Source: Candidatus Iainarchaeum sp. (lineage in GTDB: Archaea > Iainarchaeota > Iainarchaeia > Iainarchaeales > 1-14-0-10-31-34). From it: a stretch of DNA of 64,000 nt. The stretch spans positions 101,879 through 165,878 of the forward strand of contig JBFMAK010000003.1 of NCBI GenBank assembly GCA_040755695.1, read 5' to 3'. Below the pieces are notes generated by a model. The model did no database searches, was not told where the DNA came from, and saw only the letters and a program-made list of their open reading frames with translations. Shown here piece after piece: positions 37,240 to 46,154 of this stretch (the first letter of the stretch is position 1; every line of letters starts with the position of its first letter). The position numbers were made by a program, and so were the translations under genes.

Positions 37240-37311
37240 AGCTATAATACCCCAAATAAGGACTTTGAAGACCTCGAATTCCTGGCCACTTGAATTAATC
37301 TTAATTCTAAA

Positions 37312-39687
37312 TCACCCTGTGAAAGTTCCTACAACGCTGTTCGCAACAATGATTGAGACAACAAAGATTACTGTGGCAATAGGCAGGGCTTTTCCAATAT
37401 TAATTTTTGCCAGAAGCCAGTTGTCCTCCTCGATTTTTGTGGTATAATAAGTCAAAATAATTACAATTTCAATGATGTATACTGCAACAATCAAGGTGAA
37501 CTGCGCTGGAGTTACAAGCTGGGCGAAAGACTCTGCAGTGAACTTCAAGGAAGAAAGCCCTGCAGTGAAATTGCCTACGCCTGAAGCAGTAACACCCGGA
37601 GAGGTAACAGAAGGCATTTCAGAAAACCTCTCGAAAGTGCCTTGCGAAATAATTGACCCTAAAGTCATTATCACAATCTTCTGGAGTGCAGTGGTAATCC
37701 CCAAAACAATTGGCGCAACAAATACAGCCATTGTCTTCATTGTTGAGGTTATCTCCTGCACTAAAATTGAAAGCATCTTGCTGACCTTCTCTGAATTATT
37801 CAATTGAAGGGAAAGGGAGATCAAAGTCCGAGCAGAAACCTCTGCGCCTAATTGAACAGAATCAACCAACAGCCTCATGGAAGAACGAATTATGGCAGAA
37901 GGATTATTCTTGAGTGAACCGTAATTCGGGTCAAATACAGCTAATTCCAAAGGCATTCCAAGCATGTTAATATTATCTATCGTCCTCCCAAACAAGGTGT
38001 TGGAAATCTTGTATGAAGGAAGGAATTCCTTTGCATGCCTCAAGGCTTCCTCTACAGGCTTGTTTTCTCCAAGCCTTGAAGCAAGAACATACAATGAGTC
38101 CTTGAACTCTGACTCCATTTGAATTGCATCCAACTGCACCTTCCTCTTATAGATATTGCTGTAATACAAGAAAACAAAACAGAGCAAACTGAAAGTAATC
38201 AATGAACCGAAAATTAAATTGTAGGGTGTAACATCATTCTTGGGCTCGCTGAAAAACTGTGTTCTCTCCAATGCAACCCTTGCAGAAGCCTTTTCACTGG
38301 ACTCACCTGAATTAATTAATTGCTGGTATAAAACCCCATTTTCGCCATAGTAATTGTTTTCCTTTCCTGCCTCTAAGTAAACGCACTCTTCGGTCTTGTC
38401 CAGGGCAAGGAAAACCATTATCCCCTCAGATTTAATATTTACAGTCTTGCAGTCATAGGAAATGACAGGGCCCCAGAAGCCTGTGCCGGCATTCTTCTGA
38501 ATTACAATCCCGTTCAAGTGAAGAAAGAAACTTGTTCCAGCGCCTAATAAAAGAACCAAAAACAGTACTGCCCTTACGTCCAAAAAAGAATTACCTAATT
38601 TCATCTTCCATTTAGGTGGCACAAGAGGGCTTCCTTCAGGAATAATTGGAGGCTCATAAGTAGGGGGCCTGCTCTTCAACACATTCCTGGCGAAAATGAA
38701 TGCAGCAGCAGGAATTATGATATTGTAAATCAAAATAATTATCTCAGGCCTTGCAAGGGCCTGCCCAGAAAAAGCACTTCCAACAGGAAGAATAATAATT
38801 AAAGTTAAAGGGAGAAGGACGCCCAAATAGAACAACATTACAGTAGGCTGGCTTAATTCGCGGGCATACTGCTCCATCTTGTTCCTGATTGATTCAAGAG
38901 TATTATCCATTGTCTTGTCAAGCAACTGATACCTTTTTGCCTCTGTGTCCTCTAACACTGAAGCCCTAATCATCATCAAAGATGTCTTGAATTCCTCGCT
39001 GAACTTACCCCACTTGTAAGCCATGTCATCCAATGCCTCGCTCAAGGTATTAAAGATGCCTAACTGGACATCCCAGATGATCTTCTTAAAGTCTTCTGCT
39101 ATTTTCCCCCTTCCGTGCTCTGCAGCAAACTCAACGCTCTTCTCCAGGTTGGGGACAAGCTTCATTGACATTATCATGTAGCCCATTATTTCAGGCACAT
39201 AAGTCAAAGCCTTCACCTGTTCTGTCTTTGCTACATTCAAAGCATACTTCTGCATGAAATTCACTATAGCGTAAACCATGAGAATTATTGGAATGAAAAT
39301 ATAAGCAATAGCCAGCTCCTGCATTCCAGTGAAAGAAGCAACATAAGAAGGCAAAGGAGACATCAATGCAACCACAATTAAAATGAAGCCAAAAATTATT
39401 GCTGCAAGTAATGTGAGCTTGAATGCAGCAGCCAGTTCCTCTGCACTCAAATTCCATCCCAAAAAATCGATTGCCTCCTTGTACTTCTGAGAGAATTTAG
39501 CTCCCTTTCCAAGAGAAGGAAAACTCTTATGGCAGGACTTGCAGAACCTCACATATCCAGGGTCAACCTTCCTTACAAGCCTTGTCTCCCCTCTTTCGCC
39601 GAACTCCTTTGAATAAGTTATGCCCTTATACAATTCCCCTGGAGAGACATCCTTTCCTTGCGCCTCATAAACAAATTTTCTTGGCAT
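37312..39687 (-). CDS. Type IV pilus/archaellum-like platform membrane protein (FlaJ/TadC/PilC family, two T2SSF-like repeats) with N-terminal zinc ribbon
   Basis: 791 aa, many TM helices, two T2SSF-like cytoplasmic domains and an N-terminal CKSCHKSF Cys cluster. Confidence 0.7.
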   Translation of the reverse strand: MPRKFVYEAQGKDVSPGELYKGITYSKEFGERGETRLVRKVDPGYVRFCKSCHKSFPSLGKGAKFSQKYKEAIDFLGWNLSAEELAAAFKLTLLAAIIFGFILIVVALMSPLPSYVASFTGMQELAIAYIFIPIILMVYAIVNFMQKYALNVAKTEQVKALTYVPEIMGYMIMSMKLVPNLEKSVEFAAEHGRGKIAEDFKKIIWDVQLGIFNTLSEALDDMAYKWGKFSEEFKTSLMMIRASVLEDTEAKRYQLLDKTMDNTLESIRNKMEQYARELSQPTVMLFYLGVLLPLTLIIILPVGSAFSGQALARPEIIILIYNIIIPAAAFIFARNVLKSRPPTYEPPIIPEGSPLVPPKWKMKLGNSFLDVRAVLFLVLLLGAGTSFFLHLNGIVIQKNAGTGFWGPVISYDCKTVNIKSEGIMVFLALDKTEECVYLEAGKENNYYGENGVLYQQLINSGESSEKASARVALERTQFFSEPKNDVTPYNLIFGSLITFSLLCFVFLYYSNIYKRKVQLDAIQMESEFKDSLYVLASRLGENKPVEEALRHAKEFLPSYKISNTLFGRTIDNINMLGMPLELAVFDPNYGSLKNNPSAIIRSSMRLLVDSVQLGAEVSARTLISLSLQLNNSEKVSKMLSILVQEITSTMKTMAVFVAPIVLGITTALQKIVIMTLGSIISQGTFERFSEMPSVTSPGVTASGVGNFTAGLSSLKFTAESFAQLVTPAQFTLIVAVYIIEIVIILTYYTTKIEEDNWLLAKINIGKALPIATVIFVVSIIVANSVVGTFTG

Positions 39688-39732
39688 GCAATTACCGTTC
39701 CCAAACTTTTTACAATTACCCCAAAATTCAAA

Positions 39733-42018
39733 TTATTTCTTTTTTCTTGCAAGCAGTCTCTTCAGGAAGTCGTTCTGCATCCAGTACTTCCATTTCCCTA
39801 AAACCTCATTATAGTCAACGCTTCCATGTTCTTCCAATTGCTCTTCCTTGAGCAGTAAGAGTTTATTGTTTGCTGCAACAGAATTCTCTGCCTCAAGCAA
39901 TTCCTTCAAGCCCAATTTATTTTTTGCTTCAACAAGGAAGGCTTTGGCGTTAGCATTCATTTTAATGTTATCCCAAATAGAATTCATTGACATTCCAGTA
40001 TTCCTTTGAATCCTGTCAAAGAGCTCTGAGTCCTTCAAGTTGTCTTCAAGCAATTCCATTTTATCCTTTTTTGCGTCAAACACCATTAAATCCAGGAGGC
40101 CTCCTTCCCTTTCAGGGTCTTCAACCCAATGCTTTTTCACTTCAGTTATCTGGGTAACCCTCCTGTGCTTTTGGAGCGAGCCGCCAAACCTTATGGGCCT
40201 AGCAACCACAATAATGTCTGTTGCCTTGAACGAGGTAGTAGGAACCTGCAGGTCATTCACCACCCTGTCCCAGACACTGTAAGCTGAGTCCCCATGAATT
40301 GTTCCAATAACAATGTTTCCTGCTGCACCAACCCTCATTGCCTCATACAATGTTTTGGCTTCCAATGATCTAACCTCCCCTATCACTAAAGCGCTGTCAC
40401 CCAACCTCAATGCAGTCCTCAAGGACTCTTCTGGGGCAACCTCTGTTTCAGTCTTGCTCACGCTGATTGGAGACCTTGTTTTCAGCCTTTGAATATTGAA
40501 GCCTATCTCCTTCATGTAAGGCACAGGGATTTCCAATGTATCTTCCTGCACTATAATCCTAATGTTCTGGAGGATTTCCAGCATTAAAGCTCCAATAAGG
40601 GAAGTCTTGCCTGAACCCCTTGAGCCTGTAACAAGCATTGTTGATTGAGTGTCAATAAAAAAAGAAAGCATGCCTGCTGCGAGAGGATTCAAGAATTTCA
40701 CGTCAATGAATTGAGCCAGAGTCCAAGGAGTAACCTTATGCAGCCTGAAAGCAAAGGCTGTACCGTCTGCAGCCAAAGGCTTTCCGATTACAGCAACCCT
40801 TGTCTCCAATTCCTCCAAGTCAAAGTCCAGCACAGGATGCATTTCATCGAATGGACGGCCTGACATTGCCCTCATCTTTGAAACTAGGGCTGAAGCCTCC
40901 TCTTCAGTGTAAATAATGTTTGTCTGGCATTGACCATAATCCGAATGAACAACATATAATGCCTTCATTCCGATTGGCGAGTCAAGAAAAATGTCTGTGA
41001 GCTTCCTGTCATTCAATAAAATTTCTAGGATGCCATATCCGACTGTGTATCTTGCAACAATTTCAGCTAATTCCTTTACCTCATCTTTATCCAATTTAAT
41101 GTTGTTGTGCTGTGCTATCTCCATTATAGTGCTCTCATAGACTCTCTCAAAGTATTTCCTTGACTTTGCAATTGTTGTGAGGGATGTTCTACCCGGCTTG
41201 TAGGAGGCAACAATCTCTTTTGTCTTAGACAAAACAAAATATTTTTCTGGAGGCAGGGAATATTCCGGTGGATTAATGAAGTACAATTTTTCTGCCTTGC
41301 TAGGGTGCTTGAATATCTGCACATTGGACTTAAGGACATTGTATTCATCCAATAACTCCAGTGCCTCGGGCCTCTCGAACATTAGCCTTGAGGCAATGAA
41401 TGAAGGCTTTACTTCAGCCTCAAAGAAGGCATGATATAATTCCAGGGTGTCAGGCACTTTGTCCAATTTTACTACAATGTCCCTGACCTTTGAAATCAAT
41501 TGAGTTGAATCAAATATTTCTTTTATTTTCAGGAGGGTTCCCAAATAAACTTTTGTTGATTCTGCTGTCTTTGCTTCAAGGCCTGGAACCAAATTTTTTA
41601 TTCTGTTGATTTCCTGTATTAATTCTAAGTACGCTGCAATAGGGTCAAAGGAAATGCCTTCTCTTGTAACCCTGAGGACAAGGTCATGCCTTACCCCGAA
41701 ATCCTTTTCATCTAATGCCCCAGGCTTTCCCAAATGGCTGTAACCCCAAATGTTCTCCAGCTCAAATTTTGGAATTAAGGCAGCAATCTCTGCAAGCATT
41801 TTAGTCTGCGCTTCATTGTAGACCCTTTCATATATTTCCCCGCAGACAATAATTTGCGCTTCAAGCTCTTGAAGCAGAGAAATGGCGTGGAACCTGCAGT
41901 GCAGGTCATCAGACATGGATGCTCCATACACACAATTCCTGCAGTCAAAGATGAGGTGCCTTTTGCCTCCCTCCTCTTTTACTACGTAATCCCCAACCTC
42001 AAAATTCCCTATCTTCAA
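39733..42018 (-). CDS. Type II/IV secretion-family ATPase (FlaI/PilB/GspE-like) with extended N-terminal domain
   Basis: Walker A MLVTGSRGSGKTS, Asp/His boxes (ALVIGEVRS...IGTIHGDSA) and an N-terminal Cys cluster (CRNCVYG...HCRFH). Confidence 0.85.
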   Translation of the reverse strand: MKIGNFEVGDYVVKEEGGKRHLIFDCRNCVYGASMSDDLHCRFHAISLLQELEAQIIVCGEIYERVYNEAQTKMLAEIAALIPKFELENIWGYSHLGKPGALDEKDFGVRHDLVLRVTREGISFDPIAAYLELIQEINRIKNLVPGLEAKTAESTKVYLGTLLKIKEIFDSTQLISKVRDIVVKLDKVPDTLELYHAFFEAEVKPSFIASRLMFERPEALELLDEYNVLKSNVQIFKHPSKAEKLYFINPPEYSLPPEKYFVLSKTKEIVASYKPGRTSLTTIAKSRKYFERVYESTIMEIAQHNNIKLDKDEVKELAEIVARYTVGYGILEILLNDRKLTDIFLDSPIGMKALYVVHSDYGQCQTNIIYTEEEASALVSKMRAMSGRPFDEMHPVLDFDLEELETRVAVIGKPLAADGTAFAFRLHKVTPWTLAQFIDVKFLNPLAAGMLSFFIDTQSTMLVTGSRGSGKTSLIGALMLEILQNIRIIVQEDTLEIPVPYMKEIGFNIQRLKTRSPISVSKTETEVAPEESLRTALRLGDSALVIGEVRSLEAKTLYEAMRVGAAGNIVIGTIHGDSAYSVWDRVVNDLQVPTTSFKATDIIVVARPIRFGGSLQKHRRVTQITEVKKHWVEDPEREGGLLDLMVFDAKKDKMELLEDNLKDSELFDRIQRNTGMSMNSIWDNIKMNANAKAFLVEAKNKLGLKELLEAENSVAANNKLLLLKEEQLEEHGSVDYNEVLGKWKYWMQNDFLKRLLARKKK

Positions 42019-42109
42019 TTAAACGCCACCTTTCTGGAATTCTATAGAAAAAGAATAAAACTTCTTAATAATGTTTATCTTTTTTAGAATAAGTTTTCAA
42101 AGAATAACA

Positions 42110-42631
42110 TCACATAATGTAATGTCTTCTTTTCAATTCCGACTTAATTATTCTATATTTATCCGATGCTTTCTCAAGTCTTGCCTCCAATCTGTATTCT
42201 GACAGTCCGCTGACATGAGAAGGGTCCTCTCGAAACTTGCTAATATTACGGAAAGCATGTCTCAAATAATCGTCTGCAAATAACAATAATTCTTTTAGTT
42301 CAGTGCCTTTCATTTTCTTAACCTTTTCAGCTAAACGCTCTTCAGGCAAACTAAGTATCCTTGATTTAGGCATTTCTTCGGGCTCAACTTTCTCCCTCAC
42401 TATTTTTTTAATTTCCTTGGATATGGCTTCATCCATCATCTTTTTTTGTTTTTCTCTGGGCAAATTCAAATAGGCAGGGTCATACGCAAATCTATCTAAT
42501 AATTTATTTCTTATATTGCTTAACACAAAGTCATCTATTCCATGCATTTTCATCAAAGCAAAAAATTTTCTACTCTTACGTTGGTTTACCCTTCTTGCTC
42601 TTACCCTTACTGATTTTAGTGGCATAATCAA
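42110..42631 (-). CDS. Hypothetical basic protein
   Basis: 173 aa. N-terminus MPLKSVRVRARRVNQRKSRK. Confidence 0.4.
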   Translation of the reverse strand: MIMPLKSVRVRARRVNQRKSRKFFALMKMHGIDDFVLSNIRNKLLDRFAYDPAYLNLPREKQKKMMDEAISKEIKKIVREKVEPEEMPKSRILSLPEERLAEKVKKMKGTELKELLLFADDYLRHAFRNISKFREDPSHVSGLSEYRLEARLEKASDKYRIIKSELKRRHYIM

Positions 42632-42657
42632 ACAATTAGGGTAAGTTATTATTAATT

Positions 42658-43218
42658 TTACTTGTTAGAGGAAGTTCTGCTGAAAGCTTTTGGAAGAATA
42701 TATATCCTTTTTTGTTTCAGGGCTTCCCTTCTCTTGGCGAGCTCCCCCTCAAAGAAAAAGCGCTCAAGCAGCAAGTGCTCTATTATTGTATTCTTTTCTG
42801 CATTAAATTTAGCCATAAGCCTTTTGGCTTCCTTGTTTGAGATAGCGCCTTTAGTCTGCTTGCCCCACAAAATTTTTTCTGCAGTCCTCTTTTCTTTTTC
42901 TGCATTGCGGATGCCTAAATTAATTTTCTTTATTGCAGAAAAAAGCGGCGGGGTAGGCATAGAAGAAATTTTTGAGTAAAAATACTCCGGCTCTTTAAGT
43001 TTTCCCCTGCGCTCCTTCAAAACCTCTTTTTCTGTGAGGCCTGCAATCAATTTATGCTTTAATTCTTTTTTCAATTCAGGAAGTAAAGCATCAACCAATT
43101 CAGCGCTTGACTCAAAAATCCTGTTTGTTTTATTAAAGGACAGTTCAGGCAAGAGCTTACTTTTTTGTTTTGCCCTTCTTGCCCTTGGAGTGCTCATTTT
43201 TCTTTTCGCAAAAGGCAT
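42658..43218 (-). CDS. Hypothetical basic protein (possible paralogue of 42110..42631)
   Basis: 186 aa. N-terminus MPFAKRKMSTPRARRAKQKSK, with similar architecture to its neighbour. Confidence 0.4.
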   Translation of the reverse strand: MPFAKRKMSTPRARRAKQKSKLLPELSFNKTNRIFESSAELVDALLPELKKELKHKLIAGLTEKEVLKERRGKLKEPEYFYSKISSMPTPPLFSAIKKINLGIRNAEKEKRTAEKILWGKQTKGAISNKEAKRLMAKFNAEKNTIIEHLLLERFFFEGELAKRREALKQKRIYILPKAFSRTSSNK

Positions 43219-43223
43219 AAAAA

Positions 43224-44219
43224 CTATTTTCTGGCTTTAGGCCTTGCCTTTCTTTTCACTGGCTTTTTTGCAGGCTTTAAGGCAGGCTTTTTTGCGCTTG
43301 AATCAAAGGCATAGACATTCAAAAAGAACAGGCTTCCATAGCCTTGGGCCCAGACGCCGAATAATACATTTATTATGAACCTGATGATGGCAGCGATGGC
43401 AACTGCCAGTAAAAAGAACGAGAAAACAAAAGAAACCAAATTCAGGATGCCCCCCACTATTAAGAGAACAATTACTGCAGCAAGGCTGAAGATGAAATAA
43501 GCTACTGCAAAAAAGTAATTCTTGAAGTAATTCTTTCTTCCAAGCCAGTAAGCCCTCTTGAAGGAATCAATTATTCCAATGTCCTCAAAGTACGGAACAG
43601 CATTCAGTACGATGAGGAAAGGAAGCAGAACAAGATAAATTACCCCGAAAATTATTGCCCCAAGCAAGAGCCAGGCAAAAACCTTAAGGAAGAGAAGCAA
43701 AAATGCAGGGAAAAGAACCGAGAGAGCAAAAGCAGTCTGGGCAGAAGTGAATGGGAGAGCAGAAAACAAAAAAGAGAATTCCTTTATTGCATTAAGGAAG
43801 TATATTGCAACAGGAATCAGCCATAAGATAACTGCAATTGCAACAACAAGGTTCACAACCAATTTTACGCCGAAGGCAGTTACAAGCCTTGGCTTCAATG
43901 CCTTCCATGCGCTTCCCAATTCAATTTTTTTTCCTGAGGCAAGGGCCCTAGAAAAATTCAGCTTGAAGCCCAAGAAAAGGGCTTCAGCGAAAGCCATTAT
44001 CACAATGAAAACAAAGAAAAGCAGGAGATAAATCCAGAGGGCTGCAACCGAAAACTTAAAGGAAAGAAAGGTTGCCACCGCAGGAAGCACAACAAAAACC
44101 GCAATCAAAAAAATTGAAAGGACAGAAACAATAATTCCTGCCAGGAAATTATAGCCAAGGAACCTTGGACTAAAAGAGCGCCTGAAATTGTTCAATGCAT
44201 AATCAATATAGAAGCCCAT
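43224..44219 (-). CDS. Polytopic membrane protein with Lys/Pro-rich C-terminal tail
   Basis: Eight or more TM helices. C-terminus KKPALKPAKKPVKRKARPKARK. Confidence 0.5.
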   Translation of the reverse strand: MGFYIDYALNNFRRSFSPRFLGYNFLAGIIVSVLSIFLIAVFVVLPAVATFLSFKFSVAALWIYLLLFFVFIVIMAFAEALFLGFKLNFSRALASGKKIELGSAWKALKPRLVTAFGVKLVVNLVVAIAVILWLIPVAIYFLNAIKEFSFLFSALPFTSAQTAFALSVLFPAFLLLFLKVFAWLLLGAIIFGVIYLVLLPFLIVLNAVPYFEDIGIIDSFKRAYWLGRKNYFKNYFFAVAYFIFSLAAVIVLLIVGGILNLVSFVFSFFLLAVAIAAIIRFIINVLFGVWAQGYGSLFFLNVYAFDSSAKKPALKPAKKPVKRKARPKARK

Positions 44220-44283
44220 TGCCCCTCACAAAATAAAGAGAGTGTAAAGTAATATAAAAGCCTTTGCATTAATTCTCTTTTAT

Positions 44284-44853
44284 ATGCCCAAAAAAATCAA
44301 AATTAAAAAGGAAAAAAAAAGGGGAAAAAAGAAAGGTTTTTTCAGCATTGAAAGAGAGGACGCACTCAAGGGCGGAAAATTTGTTTTACGAATCCTGCTC
44401 TTTTATTTGATACTGCTCGCGCTCTCATATTTTCTTGTTCCATTAGGTTTACTGGAAGAAACAATTGCTTCTCACACTAATTATTTTTTGGGCCTTGCAG
44501 GAATCAAAGGCGAAGTAATAAAAGCAGTGAATGAAAGCCCTGCTGGAATTGAATTCCAGAAATTCAATGTAGAAATAAATTACCTGTGCACTGGCCTCCT
44601 CGAGCTCACAGTGCTCTTGGCTGCAATAATTGCAACGCCTTACATAAGTTCAAGGAAAAAAATTTTTGGTGTGATGGGAGCCATAATTGTCTCCTATATA
44701 TTCAATTTAGCCAGAATTGTCTTCACGATAACTGCAATAAGCTCTTACAGCATAAAGACAGCAGAACTGACCCATGACGTGCTTTTCAGGATTTCGCTCT
44801 TCATTATAGTGGCAGGCTACTATTTCGTTTGGCTCAAAATTGTCTCACATTGA
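44284..44853 (+). CDS. Small polytopic membrane protein, possibly exosortase/archaeosortase-family
   Basis: Conserved Cys in YLCTG and Arg residues in NLARIV and FRISLF at a spacing reminiscent of exosortase/archaeosortase catalytic residues. Weak. Confidence 0.3.
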   Translation: MPKKIKIKKEKKRGKKKGFFSIEREDALKGGKFVLRILLFYLILLALSYFLVPLGLLEETIASHTNYFLGLAGIKGEVIKAVNESPAGIEFQKFNVEINYLCTGLLELTVLLAAIIATPYISSRKKIFGVMGAIIVSYIFNLARIVFTITAISSYSIKTAELTHDVLFRISLFIIVAGYYFVWLKIVSH

Positions 44854-44858
44854 AAAGA

Positions 44859-45467
44859 TTATTTCTGCAGCAACAGGAAGGCCTTGGCATTGTATAAAAT
44901 AATCCTTTCCTTTTGAACTTGCACAGCAAAAGAGGCGGCTTTAATTAATTGCCTTTTGAATTCGTTTTCTTCGATAATTAAAGGGGTTGCCTCCCTTCCA
45001 ATATTCAAGCTGATTGTCTGAAACAACCTGATTATTCTGTTTTTTTGGGTTGAATCTGCTTTTTTGACAATAAATAAAATATCAATGTCCGATGCTCTGG
45101 TTAAATGCCCTCTCGCAATTGACCCAAACAAAACAATTGAAACAAGATTGCTTCCAAAAATTTTTTTGAAGGAGTCAATTCTATCAATCAATTCTTTAAC
45201 TACTGCAAACTTTGAGGTAGCAGATAATTTTTCCTGCTCTTCAACCAACTCAAAAGCAGATATACTCAAAGGATTGTCTAGCACTGGAAAAAGCTGCCTA
45301 ATGTTCCCAACCTGCTTTGAATAAATAAGGTTTGCTTCCTCCAATTCATTCAAGATGCCTTTAATATCTCTAAGTGAACCAACCAATTTCATTAAAGCGT
45401 TAACGTGAATTTCGGGGTTCCTGGCAACCTCCGCAAGAATTCTTTGCCTTGACTTTAAAATCAACAT
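44859..45467 (-). CDS. Minimal nucleotidyltransferase (MNT) with N-terminal wHTH, HEPN-MNT module component
   Basis: LFGSIARGHLTRASDIDILFIV is a pol-beta-type NTase motif (GS...DxD). Confidence 0.7.
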   Translation of the reverse strand: MLILKSRQRILAEVARNPEIHVNALMKLVGSLRDIKGILNELEEANLIYSKQVGNIRQLFPVLDNPLSISAFELVEEQEKLSATSKFAVVKELIDRIDSFKKIFGSNLVSIVLFGSIARGHLTRASDIDILFIVKKADSTQKNRIIRLFQTISLNIGREATPLIIEENEFKRQLIKAASFAVQVQKERIILYNAKAFLLLQK

Positions 45468-45473
45468 ATTTAA

Positions 45474-46055
45474 TCACTTCAACAATTCATCAATTTCTTT
45501 AACGAAATTAAAAGCATTTCTCCCAATTGTTCTGACATCATCTTCCTTGACCTTAGTCACAGTATACAAAACACTGTTCCTGAACTGCCTGACTTTTCCA
45601 AGCAGATCTATTTCTTCATCAAAACTTTTTCTTGCGCTGCCAAACCCTTTAACAAACCTTTCGCCATGCAGTATCTCAAGCATCAAGGCAATAGTACAGA
45701 CGTGGTCCTTGGCGGCTTGACCCAAAAAATGAGAAGTAAAAGCCTTGGCTGCCATGTACATGCCAGCATAATAAGCGATAATTGCCCAATCAAGAAAATT
45801 GTCTGATTCAAAAGATTCTGCAGTCTGCAAATGATAATGCGCTTTAGCCAAAAAGGTTTTAGCGTCTTCCTTGGTGAATCTCTGAATTCTCTTTCTTTTA
45901 AAACATTCACTCAAAACCCTTTTCACTGCCCTTAAAGATTTAGGAATCTTTGAGTCCACGTCAACAAAACCCATAAAAACAACACCGCCTGCAAAAATAC
46001 ATATAATCATATGCAAAAATACATATAAAAGATTTTCGGGTGCCTTAAAAAGCAT
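45474..46055 (-). CDS. HEPN-domain protein (partner of MNT)
   Basis: All-helical protein next to the MNT gene, with a C-terminal RQFRNSVLYT-type segment. The pairing is typical of HEPN/MNT toxin-antitoxin-like modules. Confidence 0.55.
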   Translation of the reverse strand: MLFKAPENLLYVFLHMIICIFAGGVVFMGFVDVDSKIPKSLRAVKRVLSECFKRKRIQRFTKEDAKTFLAKAHYHLQTAESFESDNFLDWAIIAYYAGMYMAAKAFTSHFLGQAAKDHVCTIALMLEILHGERFVKGFGSARKSFDEEIDLLGKVRQFRNSVLYTVTKVKEDDVRTIGRNAFNFVKEIDELLK

Positions 46056-46154
46056 AAACCGGCTTAGTGTACTACGGGAAAAACAAAAACAGTGAAAACC
46101 TTTAAATAAACGTAAAACAATTATTTAATTGAAATTTGAATTTTTCGGGGTTGA

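Noticed and set aside
37239-37314. Use of UGA as a sense codon (alternative genetic code) to explain the in-frame pilin extension after the platform gene stop
   Set aside because: Many well-supported genes in the window terminate with TGA followed by an RBS and the next start (e.g., apt at 4614-4616). Global TGA recoding is therefore unlikely. Local readthrough or non-canonical initiation remains possible.
44284-44853. Considered this 189-aa membrane protein as the missing prepilin peptidase
   Set aside because: It lacks the paired Asp motifs of A24/FlaK/PibD peptidases (no GGGD-type motif). The exosortase-like assignment is itself weak.
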